Of a DNA stretch of 64,000 bases, positions 1 to 13,959 are shown piece after piece. Each line of letters starts with the position of its first letter. Positions within the stretch are counted from its first letter, which is position 1. The notes under the pieces are model-generated. The model saw only the letters and a list, made by a program, of their open reading frames with translations, ran no database searches and was not told the DNA's origin. Position numbers and translations under genes: made by a program. The DNA is from Catajapyx aquilonaris (lineage: Eukaryota). The stretch is from positions 1-64,000 of the forward strand of contig JYFJ02000810.1 of the NCBI GenBank assembly GCA_000934665.2. Direction: 5' to 3'.

Positions 1-3000
1 CTGCCTACACGTTCGTGATTTTCTGTGAAAATGTACCGGTGTTGTGACATAGCTTTGCTCCATTAAGACCACGTAGCTCACATGAAAATCGAGTTGCGTG
101 CAATGTGACATATCTTGCAATCAGTTGCTATTTCACCTCTGTCCATGGCACTCACGAAGTCTTTTGTATTAATCTGGTTTGTTACCTCGTTTATCTTGCC
201 TGCATTCTTCATATTACCATTGAGGATGGTTGTCACGTGCTCCGCATTTAATTGGCGACAAGTGTTTGGTGTGTAAAAAAAAAGAGGTAAAGGAACAGTG
301 CAAGACATCAAGGGCGTTTCCTGTTTCCTCTGCTGTGTTTCCCTAAGCCAGATCCTTTTGTTCGTAGTTATCAGACTCGAGGATTTTTGCATAAGAAGTC
401 GCTTTGTTAGTCGCGACGGTCCAGGTCAAGGCTGACCTGGCCAGTTTAATATCTAAAAGGTCACATTCTCAGTTAGGAGAGACCTTCTGACGTGCACCCA
501 AGCCGGGTGCCTTGCCGTACGTTCCGCCTCGACTTTTTGCAAGGTCTCGTCAGGACAGTGGCATTTGCCTTGAGGATCTGTACACTCGTGTGTATGAAGG
601 AATATTTCTGGGCGTTGGGCCCAGGGACATTACCAAGATTGTTGTAGCACACGCGAAATAATGGGATAAATTACATGGGGGAAGATCCCGCAGGTTACAT
701 TGTTAACACCTCACTATTGGGCATTTCGGGGAATTAAAAAATCTATGTTGATTAGAATATCATGATCACCTAATGATGATTGATCACGTGGGATTTTCCA
801 TGCTATAAATGATGGGATTTCCGGCTACTTGTTGGCTGTCAAGTTTCGATCGGTAATGAGTAATGACAGTGCTTTAGTCTTTTTTTTGTGGTATCAGCAT
901 CCTTGGCGGCTCCACAAAAAGCCAGAAAATATTACACATAATGACAGGAACTGACCGTTTATAATTTTTGGCAAGGTACTGACACGGATATTCGTATCCT
1001 TGGCTAGTTCGACAAACGACATAATGTAATTATCAACCTACCTCAATTCCACGAATTCCTATCTACGAGTGTCCTGACCTCCACGATTTTATTTGCCGTT
1101 GTAAAATCCCATTGCACCTCCAGTTATGCGACAGATCTAGTTTTGCACTACAAAAAAAAAAACTGCCTCATCACGTGATGTTCACTCTGGTAAAATATTA
1201 AACAGTAGCAGTTAAGCTGTTGTTCAGACCTTGAGTGCCAATCACGTAAACCGGCATAAAGGCGGTTATTTTAGTTTTACACACTAAGTCACGCCTGTTG
1301 GATCAGTATTTTTAGCCATATCCCCATCGCAAAAACAGCAACACATACAGTAGATTTATGGCTGAAACGCTATGTATGTTCATAGGCTGGCTGCATTTAC
1401 AACGACATTAGCATCACTTACCTTGTGTTAATGATATTCCGGCCCAAACGCAGCCTGCGATTAATCCTTGACCAGACACTTTTTTATTCACTAAATGTAC
1501 TGTTTCCTTTACACCATATCCCACTTAATCCTTTGGACATGTCTGGACCGGTGACAAGCATTAACGACCAGACACTCGCACAAAAAATACCAGCAGGTGC
1601 GACTTCAAAACGTATATATCCGATAGCAGCTTATTACAGACGATGAGTGTACCGTATATGCAAAAGGCTCCGATTATGGAAGGTCGCGTTTTGAATTCAG
1701 AATGAGATTGGTTATTAAAACTCTTGCCAAACTATACACACCTTTTGTCTCTAGGGCCCTTGGCGCCCTTCTGGGAAACCCGTGAAAATAGGTGACGTGA
1801 CATCATCTGTTGGAAGAACTTACGCAATGTGAGTTCCGCCTTGCCATATCGAAAAGAATAATAAAAAAAAGCAAGGACGACGTCTTGTGGTCAGTTACCG
1901 GCGGGGTGTAACCTAATTTCGGGAAGTTTTTCTTGTCCGGGTATACGGTATTTTCGGAGCAACAGGTAGGGACGTGTCAAGGTCAGGAGACTCAGGAGTG
2001 TACCCTGCCAGTTTGGCCTAGTTCAGTTTGAGGATTACATTGTTAATTTTTGCATAAATAAAAATGGCTTAAAATTTATTAATTGCACAATTCTCAATTG
2101 ATATTTTAATGTACGGTAATGTTTTTATTATTATTGGTTAATATGTTAAAATAATTTAATTAACAATCGTGTCCACAATATTTAATTTCACTAAAGTGAT
2201 TTGAATTACTTCACAAATTCAATTTTGAATGTTAATTCATAAATTAATGCTAATAATAATAACAATCATAATAATGAATAGTGCCAAGGAACAAGTGGTA
2301 GGAATATTACGATCAGACCTGACCTCATTGTCACATTGTTGAAGCTTACTTTATACTGTGGACCCGACAAAAGACCCCGACAAGAATGCCAAGAATTCCT
2401 CGCATTCATCCTGGCTTGAAAGGTCCTATTGTTCCATCCATTCGATTGGATTTAATCATCGAACGTACTCAAACAACCTCGAGCACATGAGTGAGACAAT
2501 TAATCATCTCCAGGTTTGAATAAGGTGCAACTGTGCGAACGAAGAACAACCGCAGGCAAACAAGAGTAATTATTCCGGGCAGCCCATGCTGACCATGCAG
2601 TCTAGTTACTTTATACCGTCCAGTTAGCTCCTGACCCTGGCTTTTGCCGGTATGATGGTTGGGTGGTCCTCATCCATCCTGGACCTCCCTGCTGCTTGCT
2701 CTTCAGTAATGATCTCAACAGAGAAAGTGGAGCTCCGGCCTCCTCTGGCTCAAGTGCTGCCCAAACGTCCTTTAGATTTTTTTTTAAAGGAGATAGGTCA
2801 GGCACGAGGAGGAAGCAGCACCGGTACACGGAACTGCCGTTACAACCATCCTGATTGTTTATTTATTTATTTTATTTATTGGTTATATTTTTAACGCCTG
2901 CAATCTGTGACTTTGTAATTGGCTGATATCGGCCAACCAGTTGGGTTTCTCTCATATTCGACACTGACGTCAGAATCTCAACCAGTTTTAATCGACACCT

Positions 3001-4073
3001 CCATTAGATATACCTGTACAATTTTTTTTGGCCGGTCCTGGTTCTTCCTTTTAAAAAAAAAAGCTCTATCACGGACCTCCTTTTACAAAGTGTTGTCGGT
3101 TAATTAGACACACCTGTTGTATGTGATATCACAGTGGGATAGATCAGGCCGAGGCGTTTCCCTCACGCATGTCGCTCTCATTCCTGCTGGGTGGCATGTC
3201 GAAAGCACCTCCCGTCCTCAAAGAAGGAGCTAGCAAAAAAAAAAAGGAATTGAAAAAAAACGAACCTCGCCTTGTTAAAGACATTGCGACATAAGGAATA
3301 CTCCCTGGTCAAAGGGAAACAAACACCAGTTTTTTTTGTTGTTGTTGGACATCCAGCGCGGTGACCTCCTTTCGGTGTACGCCCCCACCACTGCTGGAAT
3401 GCCGTCCACAGATTTATGATCAGACGGGGTACCGAGAATTTTTTAAAAAATTCGCGGGGGGAATATTCGCAGCGGGAGATTCGAACGCGATTTTTCTGAC
3501 AGGAGATTTTCAGAAATTTATGAGTGTCGATTTTCCGCCTCGTTATTCATAATTTGAAGAAATGAGTCCAACCTGGACATTTCAAAAAAACAGAGCTTAA
3601 GAAAATGTTCATGGAGAATATGTGAATATGAATTATTTTAAAAAAAGTATGACCTCTCATTAACGAGACTGTATACCTCGTTGTAATGTTAAGAAAGGGA
3701 AGTGAATCAGATAGAGGCGGAGTCAAAATGTGAGTAAGTTTGGGATCGAGGTCTGGCCCTACCGGTTGATCCACTCGTCTCACGTGTAGACCTCCTGCAT
3801 ATGTACTGTATATGCAGGTCACACATGCATTCGTCCCCCGGCCAGCTTCCAGCACTGTTGTTTCGCCGACTCTGACCTTTGATTCTCAAATTTTGCAATT
3901 TCTCAGCCAGCAGGGGAAAACGAGACAAATAGACGTCACTCGGTTTTATTGGAGAAAACACCAGGACTAATCAAACTTCCCCGCCACATTTACGACTTCT
4001 TTCTTCATATTTTCTCCCAAGCTACTCCTTGGAAAGAAAGTGGGATAACATTATAATTTCACTTAAGGCAGCC

Positions 4074-4193
4074 TATATAAGTTGGCAGAGCCAACCCCGG
4101 GCAAGCTGCTGGTTTAACCTGTCCCTTGGCTCTGAAATGGCGCCGTTGCCGAACCTCTGGCTTATATGTGATGCAAGCGCTCGTTTGGTATGT
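4074..4193 (+). promoter_or_regulatory. Candidate TATA promoter and first exon (donor at 4187|4188) of the zinc-finger gene
   Basis: TATATAA at 4074-4080, a strong-context ATG at 4137 (gaaATGG), and ttg|GTATGT donor followed by GT-rich sequence. No clear TCAKTY initiator, so this is tentative. Confidence 0.35.
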
Positions 4194-7100
4194 GTGCGAG
4201 TGCATGTTTGTGTGTGTGTTGCACGACTGCGTGCCAACTGTGATTCCGACTATTATTATCTGGTAAATAAGGTGGTAGGACGCGCTTCAGATCCTTGTAA
4301 CCTCAATAGGCGAATGGAGGACTAAGCTTCATTTGTCATGACGATTTCTAAACTATCGCCCATTCTGCTGGTTTGCATCGTGGCTCGCTAAAAAAGAGCA
4401 TTAATGCTTGGGTGAATAAACTGGCATTACTGATTTGTACAGTTGGCGGGCATATGCGTGTGAAGAGCTGAATATATTAGAAACTTGGATGCAACAATCA
4501 TTACGTGACTGACAGGTTCTGTTGCATTGCTTACACGATACATGCACTTGTGAGATTGAAATGTGAGGATTTCTTAGTAATTAATTTTAATGAGCTGCCA
4601 ATTTCATGCACTTGTAACTTACACTATTAATTTGACTGTTGGACATCCAATCACATGTGAGTAATATCCTGAAACTACTGTCAAGAATACATTGCGAATA
4701 ATTGGCAGTGTAAAAAGTGCCTGTACGTAATAATAGATTTACAATCAGCGGCTCAGTTTGCATTCTGATAACCGCACTATCAGAAATTTTCCCTAAATTT
4801 GCCTTAGTCGTATCATTACAGGCCTAATTGCAGTGTCAGCTCCAGAATTTATATTCCGTGCAACGACAGGTTTTTTAAAATGCTACATTTTTTCCTCAAA
4901 ATTTATTGCCTCAGTTTAAAGCCTCACACCCCAAGCTAGCTTTCCCGATAATTGTCTATCCGTGCCTCTATTGTAACACTGTAACCAGTACAGGTTCTAG
5001 TGCTTTACACGCTCAAATTGAATTCTACGCGCCGAACAAAAGAACCGCAAGGATCCCTGGTAACCTCGTTGCACAAATAGGAAATAACTGAGTCACAAAG
5101 TTCATGCAAGTTCAATGCGCTTGCAGTGCGGCTGGGGGAAAGTGTCCAGGCATTTTGAATGCACGAATGAGCAAGCATCTTATAGGCACACCGACCAGGA
5201 GAAGGAAGAAGTACGGGTTCTCCTTTACCGCAGACAGGCCACGATTTTGGCTTCATTAATGATACAAGTATTTCTAAGTAGGCCTTTAATCTTGCGAAAG
5301 GGCGTTAACAAATGCCTGGTATTTGAGCACTTTTTTTTTGTTTGTGGACTAGGGCAAGGGTGGTTCATTTATCTTGACATTGGTGAAGGGGGCGTGTGTT
5401 TTTTTGGGTGCTTGATATGTGCGGAAGTTTGGGCTTAATGATGTTTATGGGATAATTGAGGATTTGCTCATGACGTACTTGGTCGTGAGCAGGCATGTTG
5501 CACATGGCACCTTGCGCTAGAGTATGGACCATGTGTGGGCTGCTCTCACATGATCCACCACACCCTGCAGAGGGTGTGTCAGAATGATTCAGGCAAAAGT
5601 ATGGAGTGATGATCTCCTGGGAACCAAAGTATCACTTTATGTTCAGGCGTCCTTTAGTCTCCACAGCCTTATAATTTTGCTGAAATGTACGTCCTGGCCT
5701 TTTTCAATTTAAAATGAATTTGTGTTACCTTGCAATTTTAATTTAAATATATGAAACAGACTAATTTGAACTCCGCAATCTGTAACTGATATTAATTAGG
5801 CCTACAGGATCTCAGCATAATTTTCAATCGTTGGTGCAGTCAACACTTGCACATTTGTTTTGCTCATCTTCCGTTTCTCACCTTACGCTGTATTATCTAG
5901 CATCCCATCTTACCTTATCAATCTTCCCGTCGCGAAAATCGTGGCACACGTGACAAAAATCCATTTCAACCTGTATGAATCTCATCACCGTCTTTGTCGA
6001 TCTATAAAAAGATGCTTCATGGCCTCTAAAGGCTGCTTGTCTCCTCTGCCTTTTGAATCCCTGAGACCTCCTTGAAAAATTTAATCACCGCGTTACTTGC
6101 ATCACGCTCTTTAACAGTCTTCCCCCTTGTCTTATTATGGATGATACCAGAGTTGAAATAGACGCCCGTCAGAACCAGAGTTAGTAACACAGCGGGTGTA
6201 CTTTAGTACTTAGATGTTGGTATAAATCGGTAAGCACATTCCGGTGTAAAAACTTCCTTCTCCAAGGGGGTCAGTGGGTTGAAAGACCCTCAGGGGGAAC
6301 AATGAGAGTGTTGTTCTGAAAAAGCTCACGACCCTGCTCGCCGCTTGTGGCTCTGGGTCCGTATCCGTGACGTAGGGGGGCGCCATCTATCATGGGCGCA
6401 CACCCACATTGAGTTTGATTCGTGAGCTAGGAAGTTTGGGTTATCTATGGAGACAATCTAGGGTAGGAGGGGGTGGAGGGCAAAATCTGGGTTGGCCATT
6501 TCTGGGCGGAAATCTATGGCCTGAGATGCATTCGGGCCGTCTCTTTCTATAATTGAAAAGACACAATTCAGAATAATTATTTGTCAATTTAGGATTTGTT
6601 TTGTAATACCCTCCTACCCGGTAAAGTGTTCCGGTTCATGCAACTTGGCAAGTGCTTCACATTGTTGTTGTTTTCCCCCCAGTAATTACTTACTCAAGGC
6701 TATGTCATTATTTTCCACATTGTACGGCGGAACCCCTATAGTTCACGGTTATTAGCATAGCTATGTATGCTAATGGTGCTGTACCTTGTAGATTGCAGTC
6801 TGCAGAATATTAATGGGTGCCCTAGAGGCGGTTAAACCACGAATTTTCACCTATATGTGTGACCTACGGACTAAGTTAACTGTCATTTCGCGTTTGATCC
6901 GTAGCACTTAACTAGCCTGCCTGTAGGGTATAATGATCTGAACTTTAATCAGGTGAGAATGAGTGGAGGAGTTGCTCATTAGACCTGCTCACCACTCGCA
7001 TTTTATAACCCATTCAGTCCACTAAGTTGACCCCTAAGTGAGTGAATGTGCCTCCGATTCAGGCCCTCCAACTATCGATGGTATAATTCATATACGGTGC

Positions 7101-10100
7101 TGGCAGCGATCATAAAAATCTGGTTATTCGGGGGGGGGGGGGGCNCCCCAACCAATATAACTCGACGATATTATGCACCTATCTAATCTCAAACTCGTTT
7201 ATTAAGAAGCGCGAGTAACTGCCAAGCCAGATACCAGCAATTAGGGCCAGCTATTTTTTACTATTATTATAGTTCTGGCTACAAAAATGGTGGGCGAGAA
7301 GTTAGAAACATTTGGCGACGCCCTATGAAGCCGATTGATTCCTACGACAACTCCCCTGGAGCGGTTTCCCTACATTCCATAGATAGCGATTTTTTAGTTG
7401 GTCGGAGCCAAAAATACTGGGCATGTCATGCAACATTGCGTGACATTTTTAAAAGTAACGTAGGTCAGTATAATGCAAGGACAAAATTGTTACTTGATTC
7501 ATTGGACGAATGTGGATCGAGGTAACTGTTCAGCGGGTGCTTCAATTTTAAGGGATGCTGCAACCCCGTTTGATTGTCACGCCGGAACATTCTATGCATT
7601 GTATGCAAATCGGTACGACCGCGGTATATATAACCAGATACAAATTCATTCTGACTGCTCCACGACTGAATGACATAAGGAAATCAGGCTGATTACAGGT
7701 CGCTTCAAGAAGTCAACCGAGAGGAAACGCACCCGCTGAGTTTCTTCGGACAGGACAATGCAAGCCAAGTGTTTCTTCGGGTTACCTACTTGCCTCATTA
7801 CACTTCCATAATGCCTGATTGGCCGTTTTCAAATAGACTATAAAAAGCTATAAAATCGCCAGAAATTCTGGCGGCACATTTCAATAGCCAGTTGCAATCA
7901 TTGACACATACTAATGAGAATGAATATATTTGTTTGGTTTAAAAAAAAGGCGTATCCAGCATTAAATTAAGCCATTTGCGCCGGTTGTGACGGGATAAAG
8001 GGATTTGGCCAGCGGGTGGGGAACTTCTATCTTTACACGCCCCTTACCGCTCCATGACTATTTTCTCATTCAAGAGTGCCCGTGGGTTGTGATAGAGTGC
8101 TGCACTCGTTCTGTACCGGTTGGCGTCTTGTGGAGCAGCCGACTGAAGAATGGTACCGCCTCGGTCTCTATGGGGATAGCTTTATCTAAGCAGGTACTTC
8201 AACAGGTCCTCCTGTTCTTCTGGAGGCATTTATTGGCTTATCTCTTTCCGGCTTTTTTTGAGGGAGAAACGCCGCCTGTCGGCAGTAAAAATGATCATAG
8301 CTTTTGTGCACAGTACATACAAAACGTCTTACAGGGTGTTTAAAAAAACGGGTCTGCGGGAGACCAGTAGTGACAGTCGGTAGCCGCAGACGAAGGCCAT
8401 TGATTTTGCAAGGAGAAGAGAGACACCGCAGGATCACGACTGGAACAATCAGATGAGGACACCAGATCGGTTCCGGCTTTGTTTCACAGAGATGTGCTGG
8501 GGGTCATAGGTTGTGGTGAGGGTGAGAGGCAGGGTTTGGAATGTGGCCTTAGTTCGTGGCACGTTGGAAGGCAAATAAGCGTCAATTCAATGATTGCTTG
8601 GGGTCGAGAGTTTAATCGCAGGTTCATGTTGCAATTGGGCGAGTATGACTACTTTACTAGGAGTGATATGGAGAAATTCATTGAGGGACCGTGTGACCGC
8701 GCCTTACTGGAGATGTCCACAAAGTAGAGGTTTGAATTAGTGCTTGGATCAACCTGATAGATTACTCACGTCATTTAGATAAGGGTGTGTTTTATCCTTG
8801 CGGGCTGGCTGAGCATAAAACACACCCCATAGCACTGGCGGGAGTGATCTATCATCGCGATGCAGGTCGCAATTTAAATCTAGCCAATCGCTAAGGACAG
8901 GATAGTTCACGTCATTCACATATTGCAAAACGAATGGAGACCTGCAATTATGTGCTAATGGAGCCCTTAATATTTGCAATGTACTTAAATCTGAGAGGAA
9001 TGGAGCACCTTTTTACACACACGCACGCAATGTGTAAAATTACACACGCCAAGTTTTCATACTGGGATTCGTTGTGTTTTGACTGCTGCAGGCGAGTTGA
9101 CTTCATTACCAACCGTGAAACGTCAGATTCCAGCTATGACAGCGCTTTATCTTGGTCGTCTTCACGGACGAGTCAGACCATGTAGTCTGGTATGCTCATG
9201 ACATGTGGTTGGACCGTACTGACTCAACACAACCGACGTTGCTTTTGAGCCTAAAAATTCAAATCAATTTTGCTGTCGTACCTTCTCGAATCGCAAGAAT
9301 TCGTAATATCCGTTCACACCGTGCATACCTCCTTGTCATCTTCCCACACTTGTCACCCACAGTCACAAACCGTTTACTTAACAGCCCAAAGGTTACGAGG
9401 CTGCAGAGGGACCCCTGTGGTCCAGTTGCACTCCAGCATGCTTCACATTACTTTCCGAGTTCCAAAGTGTACCAACAACCCCATTAAAAAAGCCTGTGCG
9501 TAGGCAACTGTATAGATTTGGGACGATCAGGAAACCGTGGGTACAACGAGAAAACTTGTCTGCTGACTCACTCGTCTCCGTATAAATGCAAAGAGCAAAG
9601 GAAGAAAAAAAAAAAGTCGGAATGTAAATGAGCACTAAAAAAAGTTGCATGGCCTAGTGACAAGTCTTCACACGGTGACAGCCCACGTTTGCCTTGATTG
9701 CGTTGGGTTCCCAATGACATATAATACCACGTCATGATTTTGGACCCTTGTACGCCCGGACTTTACTGCCTTTCCATGTCTTAATTTATATGTGTCGCCC
9801 TGTACCTAAGACCCTGATATAAATAGATATAAACAGGTATTCACTTTTTTATTGCTCTCAACCTCCACATGAATTTCATGGTTCTATCTGCTTATTACCT
9901 AAGCACTTCGGGGGTTGTCACCAAAAAAACAAGGGTGATTTACGTAGGTCGTAATTAAGACGGTCCTCACATTTCGAGCCTTAGGTGCTAATTGACTTCT
10001 ATTGTACAACTGCTGGCGATTAATTTATGCGGCTCTCACACTTTTATCAGGTGCGTCACTTGTTTTTTTAGTTGCCGGCAATCAAACGGTGGGTGGGTCA

Positions 10101-10345
10101 TGCCATATAAATAATGTTACAGATAAAAATCGGTGAGGTCAACAGTACCAGTAACGCGACAACTTAATGGGAGATTCCAAACCGGACATGTGTAAAGCAT
10201 GTGCGTGTCAATACCAATGCTTTTTGTAATATTGCTACTAAGTCAGACCTAGAATCGGTCAACTTTATTACATCCAGATAGTATACAAAGTTGTCATGCT
10301 TTATTACCGGTTATAGATGGCGAGTAGAGTTGTTTTATCGTATTT

Positions 10346-10474
10346 TTATGTAAGGTAATTTTATGTAAGGTAATTTATATAAGGTAATTTATAAAAGGTA
10401 ATTTTATGTAAGGTAATTTTATGTAAGGTAATTTATAAAAGGTAATTTATGTAAGGTAATTTTATGTAAGGTAA
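10346..10474. repeat. Minisatellite, 9 copies of a 14-15 bp unit TTAT(G/A)(T/A)AAGGTAAT(T)
   Basis: Read directly from the sequence; 6 copies carry TTATGTAA, all 9 carry AAGGTAA. Confidence 0.95.
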
Positions 10475-13400
10475 AGTTTGTTTCTTTGAGACACCAATTT
10501 TTGAAGGATTCTTCGAGAAGACAGTACCGTTTGTTTACGCTTCCTCCGGTCCTTCCGGTGTCTACAGTGCCCATCCTTTACCCCAGTAGGATAGGTAAAA
10601 AGACAGGAATGCCGCTGGCTAACAATAGCCTCAACACACACCGTCCTTGGAAACCACAGCCCGTTCCAAGTGGCAGCAGGGCTAGCGGTACATTTTATGG
10701 CCACACGGACGATGCTGCTTGATGGCCACAAGCAATCCTTCGCTTACCTCCCAATCCCTACGCATGCTTTTAGCTAGGTTGGTAGGTTAGGTGCTCCTCA
10801 TCAGCCAGCATCTTACATCTCATCACGTGCGGCCTTTTGGAGGTCACCTGCTGGGTATATACCATGCATGCAGGTTGTTGACGTGGCCGACGGCATTTCG
10901 GCAATTCATGGACGTTTTTTAAAAATAAAAAAAAGAAATTTTGTACCGGAGTAATGTCTTCATTCTTGTTTGGCTGAGAGTCCTTGCCCATCACAAACGG
11001 TGATGGGCTGTAAATAAGTCGTGGTTTTTTTGGTGTGAAGAGCCGTTACCTCACGCGTGATGTAGGCGATGAATTTAGCCCAGTCATAATCAAAGTGACA
11101 TCAGGGGGTGGAAATAGAGGGTTTATTTTGGATACTGGCCTCTAAAAATGATAGGCAATGATTCCCCGCCCAGTGATTAATTGTGGTTGTCGTGTCATCG
11201 TTGGGACATACCGGTAGCGCTTCCTGGGAATAGTGTACAATAAACAATTACAAAAATAGTTGTAGCAATCGCTGGTTAAATTATGCCCCAGAGGAACACT
11301 GTTAAATATTAATACCAAATGGAATAAATTCGTTAAAATTATTACAATTTAATTCAATGTAACAGTGGATGTACATCAAGTACTTTATGTTACAAATATT
11401 TGTCTAGATTACCGGAGGAAATAACTTTGTACAATATAAAATGTAGCATTTTGGAAGGAAAAAACTGCGTGCAAAATTTAATGAATAGCGTAAGTGGCGG
11501 TGGCCTCGGGGAACATCACGTATTTTACTTGTTTTCTCATTGTCTGGAGGTGTCCGGGTAGATGCCTTTTCTGGTCAAGAACAGCCCCAGATTTAGGTGT
11601 TGAAGGTTTTTACGTTGGAGGACACAAAGCATACATGTGATTCTCATACCGGTACTCCAAACTGTCTCGGAGTTAAAGAAACCGACCCTTTTTTTTTCTC
11701 TAGCATCACGTTGATGTTTACAACACGAATGTAGTAAGTTCAAGGATCTCGTTTCCAACGTCAGGCAAGTGGGTCGTGGGACCTCAGAGTCTTACTTCCT
11801 CACTGCTACATGATTTACTTGTCCTTGTTGATTAACTTCTAAGATTAGATTCCGTCGGAGATAATCAAAGCACAGTGCTATTCCTGTCAGGACGTTAACT
11901 GTTTACAAAATCATCACATGCGCCCCATTCAGAATATTATTTATGTTTTCATAAAAACATATACAATAAGTTAACCTTGCATTCTTGTAACATGTTTAAT
12001 CACTGCTAGTTTAAAAAAAAAAACAATGGGTATGTATTTGTTGCAACGATCTCCTGGCAGTGACGTGCAGTAGAATGCAGGCGTGTCACGAGAGCGGTAA
12101 ACTAAAACATGAAGGGCTATTCAAGAGAGTTCAAGGCAAGTCAGGAAGTGCAAAGTGTAGAAAAATGCATTGAAAGGTGGTAATTACCTGTGGCATGGTA
12201 GGAGAAAAAGAGAGAGACAGAAAGAAGGAATGCACAGCGTGATTACAGTGCTCCTGAGATTCAGCATAAGTGATTTGAATGCACGAATTAGCTAAGAACG
12301 TAGCTTAAACATGTGATATGTCTGGAGGCAGCATTAAATTAGGAATTAGGAATTTTAAGAAGTCAAGTTTCGAACGTAGGGGGGTAATAAAAATCGATTA
12401 ATCTGGGTTTATAGCATGCGGTTGGACAGTCAGGGACATGATTTTTGTCACTTGCAGTATAGCTTGGCCTCCGGACCTAGCTCGGTTCTGAGCAGGTGCC
12501 AACAGGTGACTGCTGGAGATAAAAAAGCATCTGGAAGATGTTAAGGGCGGAGGAAACGACCAGGGGAAAACGGGCGGCAAAAATTTTCCCTTTGCTAATT
12601 GCATACCAGATAGCAATCTCTTATTCTCTGTCTGATTTACATACAAATTAACCAAGAAGAAAGAAATTGACAAATGTCCGACTCGATATCCTGGGTAATT
12701 ATTACCTCCCACATGGACGCAAAGTAATTTTCCATCTTTCACATACTGTTAGTGCATATTCAGGGGGAGTTATGACTGGGCATAGTTATAGAAGCGGACA
12801 ATGAAGTGTGCCCTATAGGGATATCACGACTATTGCGATAGCAGGTGGTCGCAGGATGGCGTGGAGATGATGGACTTGACCAATGGATAGCCTCTGGTGC
12901 ATGGTCAGTGAGGGAAAACAACCGAGCGACTATTATGAAGGTGAAATGAATGTCCACATATTCGGTTTTGACAACCGGTGGTGTTGGAATGAGACAGGTT
13001 TTAATACGCGGAGTAGTCGCACACCTATTGGGTTGTCAGGTTCATTTAGATTTTTTTTTTGCTCAATGAGTCTTTTCAGAAAGCATGCTATTGTTATGAG
13101 GCAAACACATGGCCTGGAGAAAAACGTGTGATAATTGAGCACTGGGGCCATCCAATGGATTGTGTTGGCCACCTTATTCAGACAGCATGGGGGGAAATGA
13201 GTATAGTCATAGTTCAGGTGTGATTTGTGCAGATAATTGCTGTACGTGTCTGGAAAGTTTCCCGCCCCTGTCGTTTTGAATGGGCTATTAATTTTATTTG
13301 GGAATAAAAGTTGTCAAAAATATATTCCCACTTCATATACCTCGTAATTATCGCCTTGTTCTATCAGTAGGTATTTTTTTGTTTAAAAGTTTCGTCCAGA

Positions 13401-13931
13401 CTTATCCTGCTCATACCGTATATGATGCAACCATGAGCACTCTACCAGCGGGGGGGGGGGGGGNAACATTGCCGTAACATTTTATTTTATTCTATTACGA
13501 AAGAATTCAACTAGCATGGACTGCCAAATATCTTATTTGGACAATTCATCATATTCCCCCAGGCCAAGTTGGTAACACAACACTCCTTGACATCAAATAC
13601 ATAGTAATTCAGCACTTTTGGCAAGTTTCTGCCACTATCCGGTTGGATCACTTCTCCATTCACTTTTTCTTTATCCACCAATCGGGAATGATGTATTCCT
13701 CACATTTGAGGGGGGTCCGCAATGCCACGAGTGTTTCTTGACAAAATAGTGTCACAGAATTTTAATGCCTGAATAAAGTGGACAGCAATTGACTGACATT
13801 TTCCGTCCTCTGAAGAAACCTACTTTTACACCAGTCACATGCTCAATATTCCCCTAGAATGTGTATCCAAGCCCATGTTAAATGGCCATAAATAACAAGA
13901 AAGTGGCTTGCAAGGGTGACATNTCCCGGTG

Positions 13932-13959
13932 CCCCCCCCCCCTCTCTCTCTCTCTCTCT
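13932..13959. repeat. C homopolymer plus (TC)n microsatellite
   Basis: C11 followed by about 8 TC units. Confidence 0.85.

Noticed and set aside
3436..6774. Short hairpins and palindromes (3436-3453, 4763-4785, 5559-5578, 6751-6774)
   Set aside because: 8-9 bp stems, some low-complexity; within chance expectation and without Helitron CTAG ends
8330..8348. TACAGGGTGTTTAAAAAA, a Tc1/mariner-like TIR start (similar end at about 24047-24056)
   Set aside because: No matching partner TIR or transposase remnant nearby
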